Translations under genes and position numbers: made by a program
Assembly: GCA_044892525.1 (NCBI GenBank)
Contig: CM097886.1
Span: 135,904,001 to 135,968,000, forward strand
From: Schmidtea polychroa
Lineage: Eukaryota
Direction of reading: 5' to 3'
Length of the DNA: 64,000 nucleotides
Notes under the pieces: model-generated
Databases searched by the model: none
What the model saw: the letters and a program-made list of their open reading frames with translations, nothing else
Told to the model about the DNA's origin: nothing
Shown here: piece after piece, positions 37,901-50,650 of the stretch
How positions within the stretch are numbered: position 1 is the stretch's first letter
How the letters are laid out: every line of letters starts with the position of its first letter

Positions 37901-38790
37901 CAGGGTCTTCGTGTTTTTTTTCTCTCAACATTATGCATGACTGGTTCTATCAATTCTTCTTATCTATCGTCATCTTCTTCGTGTATAACATACACTCTTC
38001 GTTCCGGTCTTTGAGTATTACTTCTTGATTTTGCTAACAAATTACAACTTCTAAATGAATGACCTTCTTTACCGCATATTGCGACACTACGTAAAGAATA
38101 GCTTTTCTCGTATAATTTCTGTAACAAGAATAATCACTAACCGTCAACCACTCAATTACAGCGTACTTTGATCGATTGTTGTATGGCTTTGACCACAAAT
38201 TTATTCACTCCACTTTCACTTTATATTCAATTTTACAAAAGATTCTCGTTACTCTCTTGCTCAATTATTAATTATCAACCAGTTCTCTTCTGCTTATCTG
38301 GTTTCACTCTGGTTTGAACTCTGTTTACTTCTTCTTTTAATTCTCTTTTAATTGTCTCGTTAATTCTCCTTTCAATTCTTCAAATTTAACTCTTTTAGAA
38401 CTCTCGAACTCTCTTCTACTTTGCTTCTTTTCTTCTCGTTCTAACTTCTGTGTCTTCCCTGTTATAGCTTGCCCCATTTGCGGTACTTGAGATAATTTTG
38501 TTTTCTATTTTCTTTTTCCTCGATATTCCCCGCTATTTCAGCCTTATCCCTGACAAATGTTGAGATATGCCCTATTTTACCCTTTCGTGTTGAGCCGACT
38601 TTTCCTGCCATTTCACTATCTTTTGTTTTTCTATAATTTGAAATTCCTCCTTCGTTTGTACTTTTTAATTAACAATGACCTTTGTTTTAATTTCTTGTTC
38701 GCTTTCTTTTATCTTTCTTGTTTTTCATTTCTTTTTATTTCCGTTTTCTTCTCCGAGTTCCCATAGATCGTCATGTTTGTCATGATGATC
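34995..38790 (-). mobile_element. Decayed Ty3/Gypsy gag-pol with PPT and truncated 3' LTR
   Basis: CCHC knuckle ~38045-38090; protease LWDSEAS; RT (MCLDFRLLN, MPFGL, YLDDIL); RNase H; integrase (HLG-like, VDIV..IIDRFSK); purine tract at 35162-35174 then TG. Confidence 0.9.
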
Positions 38791-38819
38791 TTCCTCCAGG
38801 TAATTTACAGAACAGGTAA

Positions 38820-39990
38820 TAGATTTTTCATCTTGCAAAATAATTTCATCAACCCTAAGAAAATTTGTGATATTATTGTTTTCAACTCTACTTATCCAAA
38901 CTTTATTCTTCTGTAAATGCTGATGTTTTTTCGTTTGCTGTGATAATGTTGCTGAAAGTTTTTGTATGGATAAATTCAATTCATTCAAGTGTTCAAAATG
39001 CCAGACAAATAGGCCAATCCTAGTATATTATCTCTTTTCTCAAAAACTTATATTAAATCAGAATTTTGTTCTGTAAGAAATTTAATTATTTCTTCTCCCA
39101 TTTCAAATACTCTAACATTAAACCTTTCGAACGTCAGCGTACTTCCGTGTGGTAAAGAAGCGTAGTGTATTTATCACCGACTTCTTCACAAAAACACGAA
39201 AAATTCGGCTATTCAGAGCCCGCTCTTTAATAAAATTTACAACTTTGACCGCAGTATCTAGGTGTTTTAACAATGTTTCGGGTTATGTTTTTATTGCAAG
39301 TTCATGACGGTACAAGATACAGCGTGTCACGGTTATATCTAGAACTTGTTTTTTTCATACTTTAATCCATAATGTTTGCCTAACATTGAAGGAGCACATA
39401 CTGATCCTATTAGTCTTAAATCAATCTATTGTTCGTTAAAAAATCTTTGATAAAATTATATACGTCAATTCTTTTTGTCGACAACGTTAGTGGTTAGAAA
39501 ATAAAACATCTTCAAGCATTTCTTTTCCTTTTATATACCTTATAAAAACTAGCAACTGACTACAATTTGCAACATCAGTTGATTCATATAATTGTATACT
39601 GATTTGAAAAGGATTTGTTGTGATATTTTCCAATGTCTTGTATCAAATATCTTTACTAATATCAACAATACGAGAATGAATGGACAGGTATCTGTTGGTT
39701 AGTTAGTCTGTTCGGCTGAACTTAACTTAATTTTTGCTACTTCACTTAAGCATGGTTAAACTAACTCCACAAATTATGTGAGGTTTCGTTTTCAAGGAAG
39801 CTTCAACCAGTGGTGTCTGTATTGCATCTGAAGTATAATTTGTTATCCAACCACGGGTGTCAAAACGTACCTTCTTAGATTTTCGTCTTTCAAGCGAATT
39901 GCCTACATCCTTGCTGTCACGGACATTGGATTCATAGTCTTTCTTTAAATAATTGCAACCATGAATATATTTTTTAATTGTTGACAAAAG
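38820..39990 (-). mobile_element. hAT Buster/ZBED5-like transposase fragment
   Basis: QLYESTDVANCSQLLVFIRY, VVNFIKERALNSRIF, LLYHTEVR, LAYLSGIF..LNELNLSIQ. Confidence 0.8.
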
Positions 39991-40269
39991 ATTTATGAGA
40001 AAAAAAATATTCTTATAGAAAATATATAAATCAAAACAAAATATAAAAATAAAATATAAAAAATATAAAAATATAAAAATAAAAAATATAAAAATATTAT
40101 GAATTGTTTAACATCAACTGTTTCAGTTAGAGAGAAAAGTAGTTGAATTTTATATATTTATTTTATTTTCACTGTGACTTTGACACTTGTACAAATAATT
40201 GAACTATTGCACTGTATAATTGCACTTTATGATTGATTGTATCACTGCATAACTTCATTTTGCTATACA

Positions 40270-41067
40270 ATGAATTTCGAAAATAAAGTTATTCTGATAG
40301 TTGGAGGTTCATCTGGAATAGGAGCAGCTTGTGTTAGACATTTTTCGGCTGCAAAAGGTACAGTTATATTCTGTTCAAATGATCAAGAAAATGGCCATAA
40401 ACTCGTCCAAGAATTGGAAGGTAGGAATGTAACATTTTTATTCTGTGATGTTATTGTAGAGGAAAACATTAAATCCGTAATTGAATTTGTCCTTAAAACT
40501 CATGGTGAAAAATTAGACTGTATTATAAACAATGTCGGAACTCATCAGGAAGACAGAAAAATCGACGATTTTGCCGCATCAGATTTGGAGTTCTTATTTA
40601 ATGTTAATGTAAAAAGCCATTTTTTGTTTTCAAAATATTCATTGCCATTACTTCGTAAAAGTTACGGATGCATAATAAACATGAGCAGTCAAGTCGGTTC
40701 TATTGGTCAACGCAACGCGGTTACTTATGCAATCACAAAAGGCGCGATAAATGCTATGACAAAATCTTTAGCTCTCGATGAAGCGGACAACGGTGTTCGA
40801 GTAAACTCGGTTTCTCCAGGAATAATTGATACGCCATTGTTAGTACAAAATACTATTGAAAATGTGAAAATTAAAGGAAATACTCTCTACGAGAATGAAA
40901 TTGCTAGATTCAAGACAATGATTCCTTTGGGATGTCTTGGATCTCCAGACGATGTAGCTCAGGTTTGCATGTTTTTAGCGTCAGATATGGCAAGGTACAT
41001 TACTGGAGCTGATATTCCAGTTTCTGGCGGTGCGGAAATTGGATACGGAATCAAATGCTCGAAGTAA
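40270..41067 (+). CDS. HSD17B14: Short-chain dehydrogenase, HSD17B14-like, intronless
   Basis: GGSSGIG, NNVG, YAITK catalytic motif, VRVNSVSPG; C-terminal GGAEIGYG matches HSD17B14. Confidence 0.8.
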   Translation: MNFENKVILIVGGSSGIGAACVRHFSAAKGTVIFCSNDQENGHKLVQELEGRNVTFLFCDVIVEENIKSVIEFVLKTHGEKLDCIINNVGTHQEDRKIDDFAASDLEFLFNVNVKSHFLFSKYSLPLLRKSYGCIINMSSQVGSIGQRNAVTYAITKGAINAMTKSLALDEADNGVRVNSVSPGIIDTPLLVQNTIENVKIKGNTLYENEIARFKTMIPLGCLGSPDDVAQVCMFLASDMARYITGADIPVSGGAEIGYGIKCSK

Positions 41068-41486
41068 ATCTGAAAAAAATCATTTTTATTTTGCTATTTA
41101 ATTAATACCATTTTTTTAATAATAGAAGTTTTTAAATTTTACAATATTTTATGTTTCATTATTTATAGAAAAGCTTTCAAGTTTCAAAATTTTTAAATTA
41201 TCAAAAATAAAATGCTCAAATGGATTTCATTTCTTATTTTTTGTTGATTGAAGCATCCAGAAATTTCATTTTTAGAAACGTTTGCTCTTAATTTGTATAA
41301 CTTTTACTTATCTACTTTGATAAGCTATAACAATAATACACTTGAGAAAGACTGACGAAATTAATTTTATGGATGTTTTTAATTACTTAAAGTCCTTTCT
41401 CAATATCTGACTTCTTGAAATAAATAAAAACATAACTTTCACAGCTTATATTTTAAACAAAATTTACTTCGCAATATATTTAAAAC

Positions 41487-41698
41487 TGGTGGGTTACGGT
41501 TGGAAGAACATTCTATGTCTATTCATTTTAATATCCGTCTTATCCTGTCGTTTCACCATCGTTCCCTTTGTAACTCCGCATCACTATTGATTTTACCGCT
41601 AAATGCCCGTCGCAAGTGACTCTGGTGCTGTAATATAGTCTCTAAGCTCAATCAGCGGTCTAGTAGTCCAAACTTTGGAGCGACGAAATACATATTAT
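41487..41698 (-). mobile_element. 3' end of an older family copy (E') that copy E appears to have inserted into
   Basis: Ends GTAACCCACCA at 41487; contains CAGCA-CC-A..hairpin-GG and AGCGGT motifs. Confidence 0.6.
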
Positions 41699-44600
41699 TG
41701 GTGGGTTACAGGTAACCAAACGTTTTACCTTGTCGTGCTGTTTCCAGCGTAACCCAGAATACAACGTTTTCATACCGCTTGACACCCGTTGAGTGAACAA
41801 CTTTGGTGATATGTCAAGAGGGTGAGTGCCAGCAAAAGGTGAGCGCAAAGTCCGCACTTTAATTGGCAAGCACTCCCATGGGTTTACGGACTACCGTTAG
41901 AAGGTTTATGTCTACTTTACATGGTCCCTGTCGATAGATTGAGCTCCTCTCCATTACATTGCTCCTTTCATCCTCCCTCTACTATCCCTTTTGCATATCA
42001 TGCTTGGTAGTCACCTTGTCTATGGGTCGGTCTGCCTCGTTAACACGAATTAACCCGAAAATTTCGTTAAGTTAGCACGAGTGGTTATGGGTCGACTCTG
42101 TTGTTGGCAGCTGTGTTCGACCAAATGACTTCAGACGGTTCCGAGCATTCTTGTGTCATCTCGTAGAACAGATCTGTTCGGTCGCGTCTCGGTCTAGCTT
42201 CTGCTGTTGAAGCTCCGTTTCTAATTTCCGGACCTGCAGCCTGAGTGCCCGGATCTTCGCCTGATCCTGCGTGGCTTGAAGTTGTAACTGCTGGACGAGT
42301 TGCATTCTTTTTCGCATCTCGCCGGGGCTAAACCAGGTGTTGGAGAGTCTCTACCTGTCACTCCGCCTTCTCCCGGTCTTCTCGCATCTTGGAGAGTAGT
42401 TCGATCACTGCAAAACAATATGATAAAGTGTAGGTAGGAACCGTGTGTGTCTCAGTTATGAATTTATACGAGAGTCTCTTGCGGGTAGACGTCATTATTA
42501 ATCCCCACGAATTTAGGCAGGCAGTTACCGTCTAGTACACGCCGCGACCTTTGTGAATCCTAAATCGTCATTTACCTATCCTTCCCTCTTAATAAACAAC
42601 AATAAGGACGAAAATTAATTTGCTCGTTCTGCCCGTGACATGCAGGCATCGTACGTGCATAAATAAGAATGAAAATAAACAGAAAATACAATAATAGCTA
42701 AATTAATCACATCGTTTATCAATACAGGGTAAGTAAGTATCTCAATGGGTCGTCTTTCTGGACCTCGCGATTCAGTTATTGTCGCGTCTCGCCACCTTCC
42801 GAGGTCGGTCACGTCTTCGAGGACCAGGCTCCTGGGCAGGGTGCGTCAGTTTGGATTTTTGTTATGACCTGGCATGCCAGGTGTTAAGCTTGGCGACCAG
42901 TGTTAGGTCTAAGCGGACCCGGGCGTTCTCACTGGGATTGATCGAATTTCATGATTCGTCCGCAGGAGGTCCGGGATCGCGTCCTCGGCGGCTTGGACGA
43001 CCTTACCATTTGCTTCCAAGGCCGGATTTGGGAGAGCCTCCTCCTTGGGAGTGACTAGACAGGTGTTCCCGTTGGCAAGGTCGGCTTGCATTTGACAGCA
43101 TCCATCGTTCCACGAGTGGATCTCATACCAGATCCACCCAGTTCGTAACCTTGTGATTGATTTTGTAGGTGGGTTTGTATCGGGGGTCTCCTCCTGCTCG
43201 TAACATGAGTCCGGACACTGCTCCTCTGACGACGGCCCGGCCCCATATTCTTCTTTATAGTTTCCGTGATTGGAAAGTGAAAACAACATTCAGAGCTAAT
43301 CGTGACATTGGTCTGGTTCGCCGATATTTTAATTATTGCATAAATTCCTATCTGTCCCATCTACACTCGCACACGTACGCCTATTCCCACGTGTTCTCCT
43401 TGTAACTTCCAGTACATTGTTCTGCACTCAATAACGTTCAACGCACTGTGTTCACTCTATAAGTTTCAGTAATTCCATACAAAACCCATCCGAGCGAAAC
43501 CCACCACCGCCTGGGACTCCACACGACTAACTGTTGAACAAACAAAAATTCGTTTATGTGGGATAGGGGACTATCCAGATGTGCATTTCAGCAAATAAAA
43601 CAGATGTTAGTGATTAGTGTACTTGTTTCTATCTTTAAGATTTGCCCTTCGTTAAGATTTATTATTGCTATTTGAGTCCGACGTTTTAGAAATCTAGTTT
43701 TATCTATCTTTATTGCAAGCGATTTACTTTCAGTAACATTTATTCTTAAAAATAAAATTTCCCTGTCTTTTAAGATTGATATTTAATTCAAGTTTGTTTA
43801 TCTCTATCAGTAGAGATTTACTTTGATTATTATTTATGTTTAGCATTCAAATTTGTTGACTAAAATTAGTTTATTATCTCATATTTAGAACAGCATATGT
43901 AGTTCATTTGCCGAAAGGGGGTTTTGTCATCGATGTGATTTATTGGTTTCATTCCTTGGCTCCAATATCTCCTCGTTGACAAAGAAGCTTACAACGGCTC
44001 GAACTTCATTTACAAACTATTTGTTGACATGTTGTTTGGTTTTTAATTCTTTTTTGTTTTCAGGTCATCGTATTAGGACACACACAAACCAGTTGGTTAT
44101 GGGCCTATGCTAGAAGTCTTTACATTTGGTAGATTTGCGCAGGTCATATTCCCGTCTTTTATTATCAGAATCTCCTATTCGTCTCATCAGCATTTCCACA
44201 CTGGTTGGATTTATTTAGGCGGATATCAATATTTGATTGTTGGAATATTATGTCTCCTTTAGTTATTCACGTTTAATGAACTCTATGAATACTACAAGAA
44301 CATATAACCCGAAGTTAAAAGTTGGTTATTATTCTCGTTGCTTCTAGCTGCCTTCTGCTGTTATGATCATGCTTCTTTTTGTTTTCAAATTATATTTTTA
44401 CCTCGCCAGGGGTTTGATTGTTTAATATTTTGCTAATTATTTTACTCCTTATTCCAACTTGAGTTAGAATACTTGTCACAACCGATTGTGTAAATAAATG
44501 GTTATACTCGGCTTGGTTTGTTTTTTATTTTTTATTATTGTAATTAATTTAAATTTTCACGTGTTTAATTATATTGGATTTCTTCTAAGCATCTGATTTA

Positions 44601-45000
44601 CCATCTCATATCCACTATTCCGTCAGGGGAGCGGATCTTAGAAAAGGGATGGACCGAAATTAGTGACTATCATTCTATCTCCGTTCGATATGAAAAGGCG
44701 GTGAAAGCTGAATTATGTCGAAGTTAGTGATTGGTTGATTTTATAGGAGTTCGGTTTGTGGTTACATAATTTTAGATCGACATTCCCCTATTGAAGTAAG
44801 GGTTTTGTTACTAAAAATAGATTTTCCAAATTACTGAAATTTTATTGCGGGGGAAGGTTATGACTAGTGGAGTTAAAATTAGGAGTAAGGGGATTCCCAC
44901 ATCGATAATTTTGTTTTAAAGTCAATAAAAATAAGTTAACAAATTATTGTTTTTTGTGTTATAAATTGTGGTATCAATAAATCTATATAGTGCTTAGAGT
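41699..45000 (-). mobile_element. Family copy E (decayed ORF1 ~43289-42775, ORF2 from 42407); 5' boundary uncertain
   Basis: 3' end GTAACCCACCA; TRLRTGWIWYEIHSW..PRRRDRPRK; TWFSPGEMRKRMQLVQQLQLQATQDQAKIRALRLQVR. Confidence 0.75.
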
Positions 45001-45843
45001 TCATTGATTGGATACCCAAAAACACGATTGAACTTAGTGCGAATCAATAAAACTTTTCATCATTGCCTTTTAGAAAAACCCAATAAATTTTATAAATGAA
45101 TAGCAAATTTGTTCAAGCCTTATTATTTTTTTGGGATTAGATTATCAAAGGTTCATTAAAGTTCGCGGAACTCACCTTGAGAAAGCTGCTGCAGATTAAT
45201 ACTTTAAATTTAACCAAAATGTTCGATCTACTTCTTACAAGTATTATTTTGTCAATTAGTGTTAAATATAGAATAGTCGAAAACTACATAAACATAAATC
45301 AAATTCTAAGACAACTCTCTCTATATTTGGCTCTATTTAAAATTAAATTTTTTAGTATATCCTTTTGATAGCACCTAACAATCAAAAGTCTGAAAAGTTG
45401 AAAAAGAAATCGATATTCTGAATTTTAGTGTTACAGAATTACATACATTCTTAATATATATTAACTTTTAATTCTTAAAATTTTCGCATACAAATTATAA
45501 ATAAGTAATGTCATGGTAAAAAATATCAAGGCACCTCAAATCACATCTCATTGGTTTCTTATCAATGAATAAAATATCTGAAAACGTTTATAAAAATTAT
45601 ACTAATTATTTCAATATTGAAAGCTGAAGTAAATTTATAAGTTAGATTTATTATTTTTTTTTCTAAATTTGTATGAAATTAAATTTTTAATGTAATTTCA
45701 AATCTTTAAATTAATCAAGTTAATGAATATTTTCAATAAGATTTTGAAATTTAATTTTAATCGTTCAAGTTAGATTAATATATAATTCTGTCTTTATTTA
45801 TAAATTTTAAGAAAATCAAAATACCATCCAGTTATTTCGAAAG

Positions 45844-46266
45844 ATGAGTGCAATACTTAATCCAGCATCTGCAGAAGTAGTTTTTATTTGTTTAACGTTC
45901 GCAATTTTAATGTTTAATTAGTTTAAATCTGTGAAAATTAAAGATTTGAAACCCGGAGAGAAAAAATATTGGTGTGCTTGTGGTCTTAGTAAAAATCAGC
46001 CGTGGTGTGACGGATCTCATAAAGATACTGGAATCACTCCATTGGAATTTATAGTACCTGAGTTGAAACCCGGTGAAACGGTTGAAACGAGGGCATTTGG
46101 AATGTGCCAATGTAAACATAGCAAGAATAAACCATTTTGCGACGGAACTCATAGCAAATTGAAACCGATTGTTACTGAAAGAATTAAAGAATGCAGTGAA
46201 AAGGGCCATATTGAGAAAGGTGCTAAGAAATTGTGTACGAACTGTGGATATGTGCCAGACTTTTAA
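45844..46266 (+). CDS. CISD3: Two-CDGSH iron-sulfur protein (CISD3/MiNT-like); exons 45844-45876 and 45922-46266
   Basis: [18 protein letters not shown] and [17 protein letters not shown]; in-frame 45-nt GT-AG intron. Confidence 0.85.
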
Positions 46267-46767
46267 TATATATTTCCAATTATTAGTTTGATTTTAGTGT
46301 ATTAGTCTATTTGTAACTGTTGTTAAGAAATTTGAAATAAATTAGCTCTTGGTTATTCATTTTATCGTTTTGAATTTTTTTAAATTGTGATGTAACAAAT
46401 TGACCAATCAAATGCCAGAGAATTAAAAGCGATTTATTTGCAATATTCAAAGGGCGAGAAAATTTCAGAACAAGGCTAGCTATCGTTATAATTAATATTC
46501 AATATTCGTCAACAATGAAAGCAAGTATATATAAATTGTAAGTGTTGTGCTAAGGTTATGCAAAAAAAGCGGTACAGATAAAAAATTGGTACTAGGTATG
46601 TTCTAATAATTTCTTGTCCAAAATTATTATGATATAAAGGTTCTGTTGTATAAAAGGTTCTTTGGATAAAAAATAATTCAAGATATTTTTTGATAAGAAA
46701 ACTAAATACAGAAAGAAATATTATTTTATTAGTGTGAATTGATTTTTATATCGCCAGGCCCCTAAAA

Positions 46768-47635
46768 ATGGCAAAACAAAAAAAAGCTTCAGTGTTTTTG
46801 GAAAATATCACGGACATTCCTGTGGAATGTTCGGATGTTGAAAATGATGAGCTTTATGATAGTGAAGGCGAATTATTAGATAAAGAAAGTGATCCACATG
46901 GAAGGAAACGTGTTGATATCGAGAGTAGTGACAGCGATATTTCTGATAAGAGAAATGTAGATGAGTTAAGCGACAGTGAATGCGAAAACATTTCAAACAC
47001 ACGTAAACGAAGGTGTTTACCACTGCCGTCCAGTTCTAGTGACGAAGTTGAAAGTGCTCTAGAAATTGGTAAAGACAGAACTGTTTGGAAAAAGATGATA
47101 GAAGGGCACGTTGCTGGAAGATTATCAATTAGCCGTATTTTCAAGGATGCTCACGGCCCTACAGCATAGGCAAAGAGAAATATTATGAAGGAGGAATTAA
47201 GTAGCGCATTTTTGTTAGTAATTGACCATTCTATTTTAGAATATGTAAGAACGTGTACCGAATTAGAAATTTCTCGAGTTTAAAAAAAATGGATATTTCC
47301 TCAAGCAAAATTGAAGGCATTCATTACGCTATTGCATGCACGTGGAGCGTACGAGGCATAAACTTTGAGACTGGAATATTTATGGAATAAGAAGTGGAGG
47401 CCAGATTTTTTTCCAAAACTTGGTGTCGAAATGATTTTACAGAGATTCTAAGATTTATTCGTTTTGACAAAAGAAATGAGAGAAGTCAACGTTTACAAAC
47501 AGACAAATTTTCATTAGTTTCAACAGTTTGGAATAAATTTCTTGAAAATAGTCAAAATTGCTTCAAACCAGGTGCACATATTACGGTGGATGAGCAACTA
47601 ATTCCAACGAAGGCCAGATGCAGCTTCACACAATA
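46768..47635 (+). mobile_element. Second piggyBac (PGBD4-like) transposase fragment, truncated at the foldback element
   Basis: Acidic N-terminus; ILRFIRFDKRNERSQRLQTDKF..HITVDEQLIPTKARC. Confidence 0.85.
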
Positions 47636-47636
47636 T

Positions 47637-49947
47637 AGTAGGTAGATAGTAGCCCACTGCAACAATGGGGGGGGTACCCCCCCCCCCTGTTGCAACTTTT
47701 TTTTTTGTTGCAACTTTTGATTACGCAATTTTTCAGACTATAGTGAGGGGGTTTCGATGGTCCTGGGATTTTCAATACAAAAAAATTTTTTCTATACAAA
47801 AACGATGGTCCTGGGATTTTCAATACAAAAAAAAATTTTCAATACAAAAATCCGACTACCACTAAAAAGCCAAGGATTTTTCAGACTATAGTGAGGGGGT
47901 CTCGTTGGTCCTGGGATTTTCAATACAAAAAATTTTTTTTCAATACAAAAACGACGGTCCTGGGATTTTCAATACAAAAAATTTTTTTTTCAATACAAAA
48001 ATCCGACTACCACTAAAAAAGCATGGTAATTTAAGGTCTCAGGATATTTTCAATACAAAAAGGTGGTCTACACTAAAAAAGCCAAGGATTTTTCAAACTA
48101 TAGTGAGGTGAGTCTCCTTGGTCCTGAGAAATAGGTGGTCTACACTAAAAAAGCATGGTAATTTAAGGTCTCAGGATATTTTCAATACAAAAGCTGGTCT
48201 ACAATAAAAAAGCATGGTAATTTAAGGTCTCAGGATATTTTCAATACAAATAGGTGGTCTACACTAAAAAGCCAAGGATTTTTCAGACTATAGTGAGGTG
48301 AGTCTCCTTGGACCCGAGAAATAGGTGGTCTACACTAAAAAACGTGGTAAATTTTTCAATTAAAGTAAATAATGGTCCTAAAAAATTAAATTACAGTAAA
48401 TTGTGGTCCAAATTTTTCAAATACAGTAAATTATGGTCCTAAAAAATTAAATTACAGTAAATTATGGTCAAAATTTTTGAATTACAGTTATTATTCCATT
48501 AAAATTTTCATTTGACTTTGAAAAATATTTCATTGAAATTATCTTAAAAATTTCCATCTAAAATTATCATTGAAAAATATTTCATAAAAATTTCCATTAA
48601 AAATTACTTAAAAAAAACTTATTTCATAAAAGTTTTCCATCTAAAATTATCATTGAAAAATATTTCATAAAATTTTCTATTAAAAATTACTTAAAAAAAA
48701 TATTCCATAAAAATTTTCATTAAAAATTACCATTGAAAATTTTCATTAAAAAATTTCAATTCTCAAACACCTTCAACTTTTTGTTAATAAATTTAAAAAT
48801 CTTACTTTAATTTACTTTAATTTACTTATTTAAAAATTATTACTTTAATTTACTTTAATTTACTTATTTAAAAATTATTACTTTAATTTACTTATTTAAC
48901 TTTAATTTAAATTTTTACCATTGATTAGTTAATTTAAAAATTTGGACCTTAATTTACTTTATTTTAATTTTTTTAGAACCTTAATTTACTTTAATTTAAA
49001 ATTTAGAACCTTAATTTACTGTAATTCAAAAATTTTGGCCATAATTTACTTTAATTTAAATTTTTGGACCATAATTTACTTTAATTTAATTTTTAGAACC
49101 ATAATTTACTTTTAATTTAATTTTTTAGGACCATAATTTACTGTAATTCAAAAATTTTGACCATAATTTACTGTAATTTAATTTTTTAGGACCATAATTT
49201 ACTGTATTTGAAAAATTTGGACCACAATTTACTGTAATTTAATTTTTTAGGACCATTATTTACTTTAATTGAAAAATTTACCACGTTTTTTAGTGTAGAC
49301 CACCTATTTCTCGGGTCCAAGGAGACTCACCTCACTATAGTCTGAAAAATCCTTGGCTTTTTTAGTGTAGACCACCTATTTGTATTGAAAATATCCTGAG
49401 ACCTTAAATTACCATGCTTTTTTATTGTAGACCAGCTTTTGTATTGAAAATATCCTGAGACCTTAAATTACCATGCTTTTTTAGTGTAGACCACCTATTT
49501 CTCAGGACCAAGAAGACTCACCTCACTATAGTTTGAAAAATCCTTGGCTTTTTTAGTGTAGACCACCTTTTTGTATTGAAAATATCCTGAGACCTTAAAT
49601 TACCATGCTTTTTTAGTGGTAGTCGGATTTTTGTATTGAAAAAAAAATTTTTTGTATTGAAAATCCCAGGACCGTCGTTTTGTATTGAAAAAAAATTTTT
49701 TGTATTGAAAATCCCAGGACCAACGAGACCCCCTCACTATAGTCTGAAAAATCCTTGGCTTTTTTAGTGGTAGTCGGATTTTTGTATTGAAAAATTTTTT
49801 TTGTATTGAAAATCCCAGGACCATCGAGACCCCCTCACTATATAGTCTGAAAAATTGCGTAATCAAAAGTTGCAACAAAAAAAAAGTTGCAACAGGGGGG
49901 GGGTACCCCCCCCCCCAATTGTTGCAGTGGGCTACTATCTACCTACT
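47637..49947. mobile_element. Foldback element with ~850-bp modular inverted arms and AGTAG termini
   Basis: Ends AGTAGGTAGATAGTAGCCCACTGCAAC in inverted orientation; internal tandem modules gggattttcaatacaaaa and ggtctacactaaaaaa; no TSD seen. Confidence 0.8.
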
Positions 49948-50437
49948 AACTAAAACCAAGAAATACAGCTGCAAAATAATAAGTGGTGGTTTGTCTTGAA
50001 TAAGTAACATTTGGAACTAAAATAATTCTTTTCATTTATAAGTATTCTTGAAATAAAATAATTTTTAATAAGTAATATTTGGATATAAAATAATTCTTTT
50101 TTCTTCTTAATACTTAAAAAAATAATATGTAAATAAAATAATTCTTGATATGATTCTTTAATACTTGAAAATAATACAATTTTTTTTATAATAACAGCTG
50201 TCCAAAAATTTGAATGAATGCAGTATTGAGATGTCACCTCTTATGATTAGGCAAAAGAAGTTCACGGAAGTTCTTGCTTAGTAGTATGTTGTGTGGTCAC
50301 TCTGCTCGGAAGTAAGCAGCATTCAAACAGCACATAGAAAGGAGTCCTTGCAGTTCACTTCTACAACAATTTATAGTATAAAAATTCACTAGTACAACAA
50401 ATCAGATCGATTTGGTCTGTTTCTGAAGTGTGAAAAT

Positions 50438-50650
50438 TGGTTGGTTACAGGTAGTCAACATTTTACCTTTTCGTGCTGTTTTCAGCTTAATCCAGAATAC
50501 AATAGTGTGTTACCGCTTGATACTCATTGAGCGATCAATGTTGGTACTGTGAGTGCCAACCAAAGTAGTGCGCAACTCGCACTGTAATTGGCAAGCACTC
50601 GTTTGGGTTCACGGACTGCCGATAGAAGGCCTATGTCTGATTCGCTCTGG
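50438..50650 (-). mobile_element. 3' structured end of family copy F
   Basis: Ends GTAACCAACCA; close nucleotide similarity to 41699-41920. Confidence 0.8.

Noticed and set aside
44170-44200. GCTGATGAGACGAA (minus strand) as a hammerhead
   Set aside because: No room for stem II and no stem I/III pairing.
47740-48350. CRISPR-like regular repeats
   Set aside because: No unique spacers, eukaryotic context, mirrored in the other arm of a foldback element.
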